Source of the DNA: Candidatus Latescibacterota bacterium
GTDB lineage: Bacteria; Latescibacterota; UBA2968; SICM01
Length of the DNA: 64,000 nt
Reading direction: 5' to 3'
Assembly: GCA_965217865.1 (NCBI GenBank)
Contig: CBDCJO010000002.1
Coordinates: 1,952,001 to 2,016,000 of the forward strand
The stretch's first letter is position 1; the number at the start of each line of letters is the position of its first letter. The translations under genes and the position numbers were made by a program. Shown here piece by piece: positions 63,700-64,000 of this stretch. Under the pieces are notes generated by a model. That model searched no databases. It worked only from the letters and a program-made list of their open reading frames with translations, and was not told the DNA's origin.

Positions 63700-63985
63700 T
63701 TGTCTGAACACCAACGAATAGACGTTTGTCCTGTACTTGCCGTGTTTGACGTCGAAGAAAGCATTCAATACTACGAAGATGTCCTTGGATTTCCCGGTCA
63801 CTGGAGCGAAGGCCCCCCCCGATTGGGGAGGTGTTTCCGGCGTCGTAATGAATTTAAATCCGGAACTGGCGAAAAAGGCCAGGGGATCTCAGTTTCTGGT
63901 CCAGGTCGACGATATTGAGGAATCATTCAACCGGCACAAGTCGAAAGGGGCCAAAATCATAAAGGAAATTTCAGAAACCCACTAG
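63700..63985 (+). pseudogene. VOC/glyoxalase family protein, frameshifted at a C-run
   Basis: PVLAVFDVEESIQYY..VLGF, then PPDWGGV...VDDIE...GAKII in another frame. Confidence 0.6.
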
Positions 63986-64000
63986 GGACAGTCGGGAATA

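Overview
64 kb of a GC-rich bacterial chromosome. The gene content would fit an uncultured FCB-group or deltaproteobacterium-like organism, but taxonomy cannot be established from the sequence alone. The housekeeping flanks carry a lysine riboswitch-asd-hemD/hemE fusion-hemH-hemG block, msrA, moeA, ispE-tRNA-Gln-rplY-pth-rpsF-rpsR-rplI, and the agmatine deiminase pathway. Between them lies a ~20 kb plasticity zone (18.4-38.4 kb). That zone holds two near-identical IS1182-like copies bracketing a collapsed type I-E CRISPR remnant and ABC-exporter fragments, followed by an IS1380. Its most notable part is two convergent integron-like cassette arrays (30.6-38.4 kb). The arrays share an ~180 bp attI-type leader and have only a gutted, co-oriented integrase remnant. 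They carry a dfrA-clade DHFR, and their attC sites are invaded by two different IS110/IS1111-type elements plus a transposase-less mini-element that keeps only the putative bridge/seek RNA end. One IS110 non-coding end has two tandem modules, each bearing the attC box CCTAAC, which suggests a guide RNA with duplicated target loops. Intergenic regions are full of heptamer tandem repeats (including a perfect 31x TCGTGAT), REP-like palindromes, and three 24-bp CG-centred palindromes. Several single-base frameshifts and microhomology deletions may be assembly artefacts. All calls come from manual motif recognition; no searches were run.
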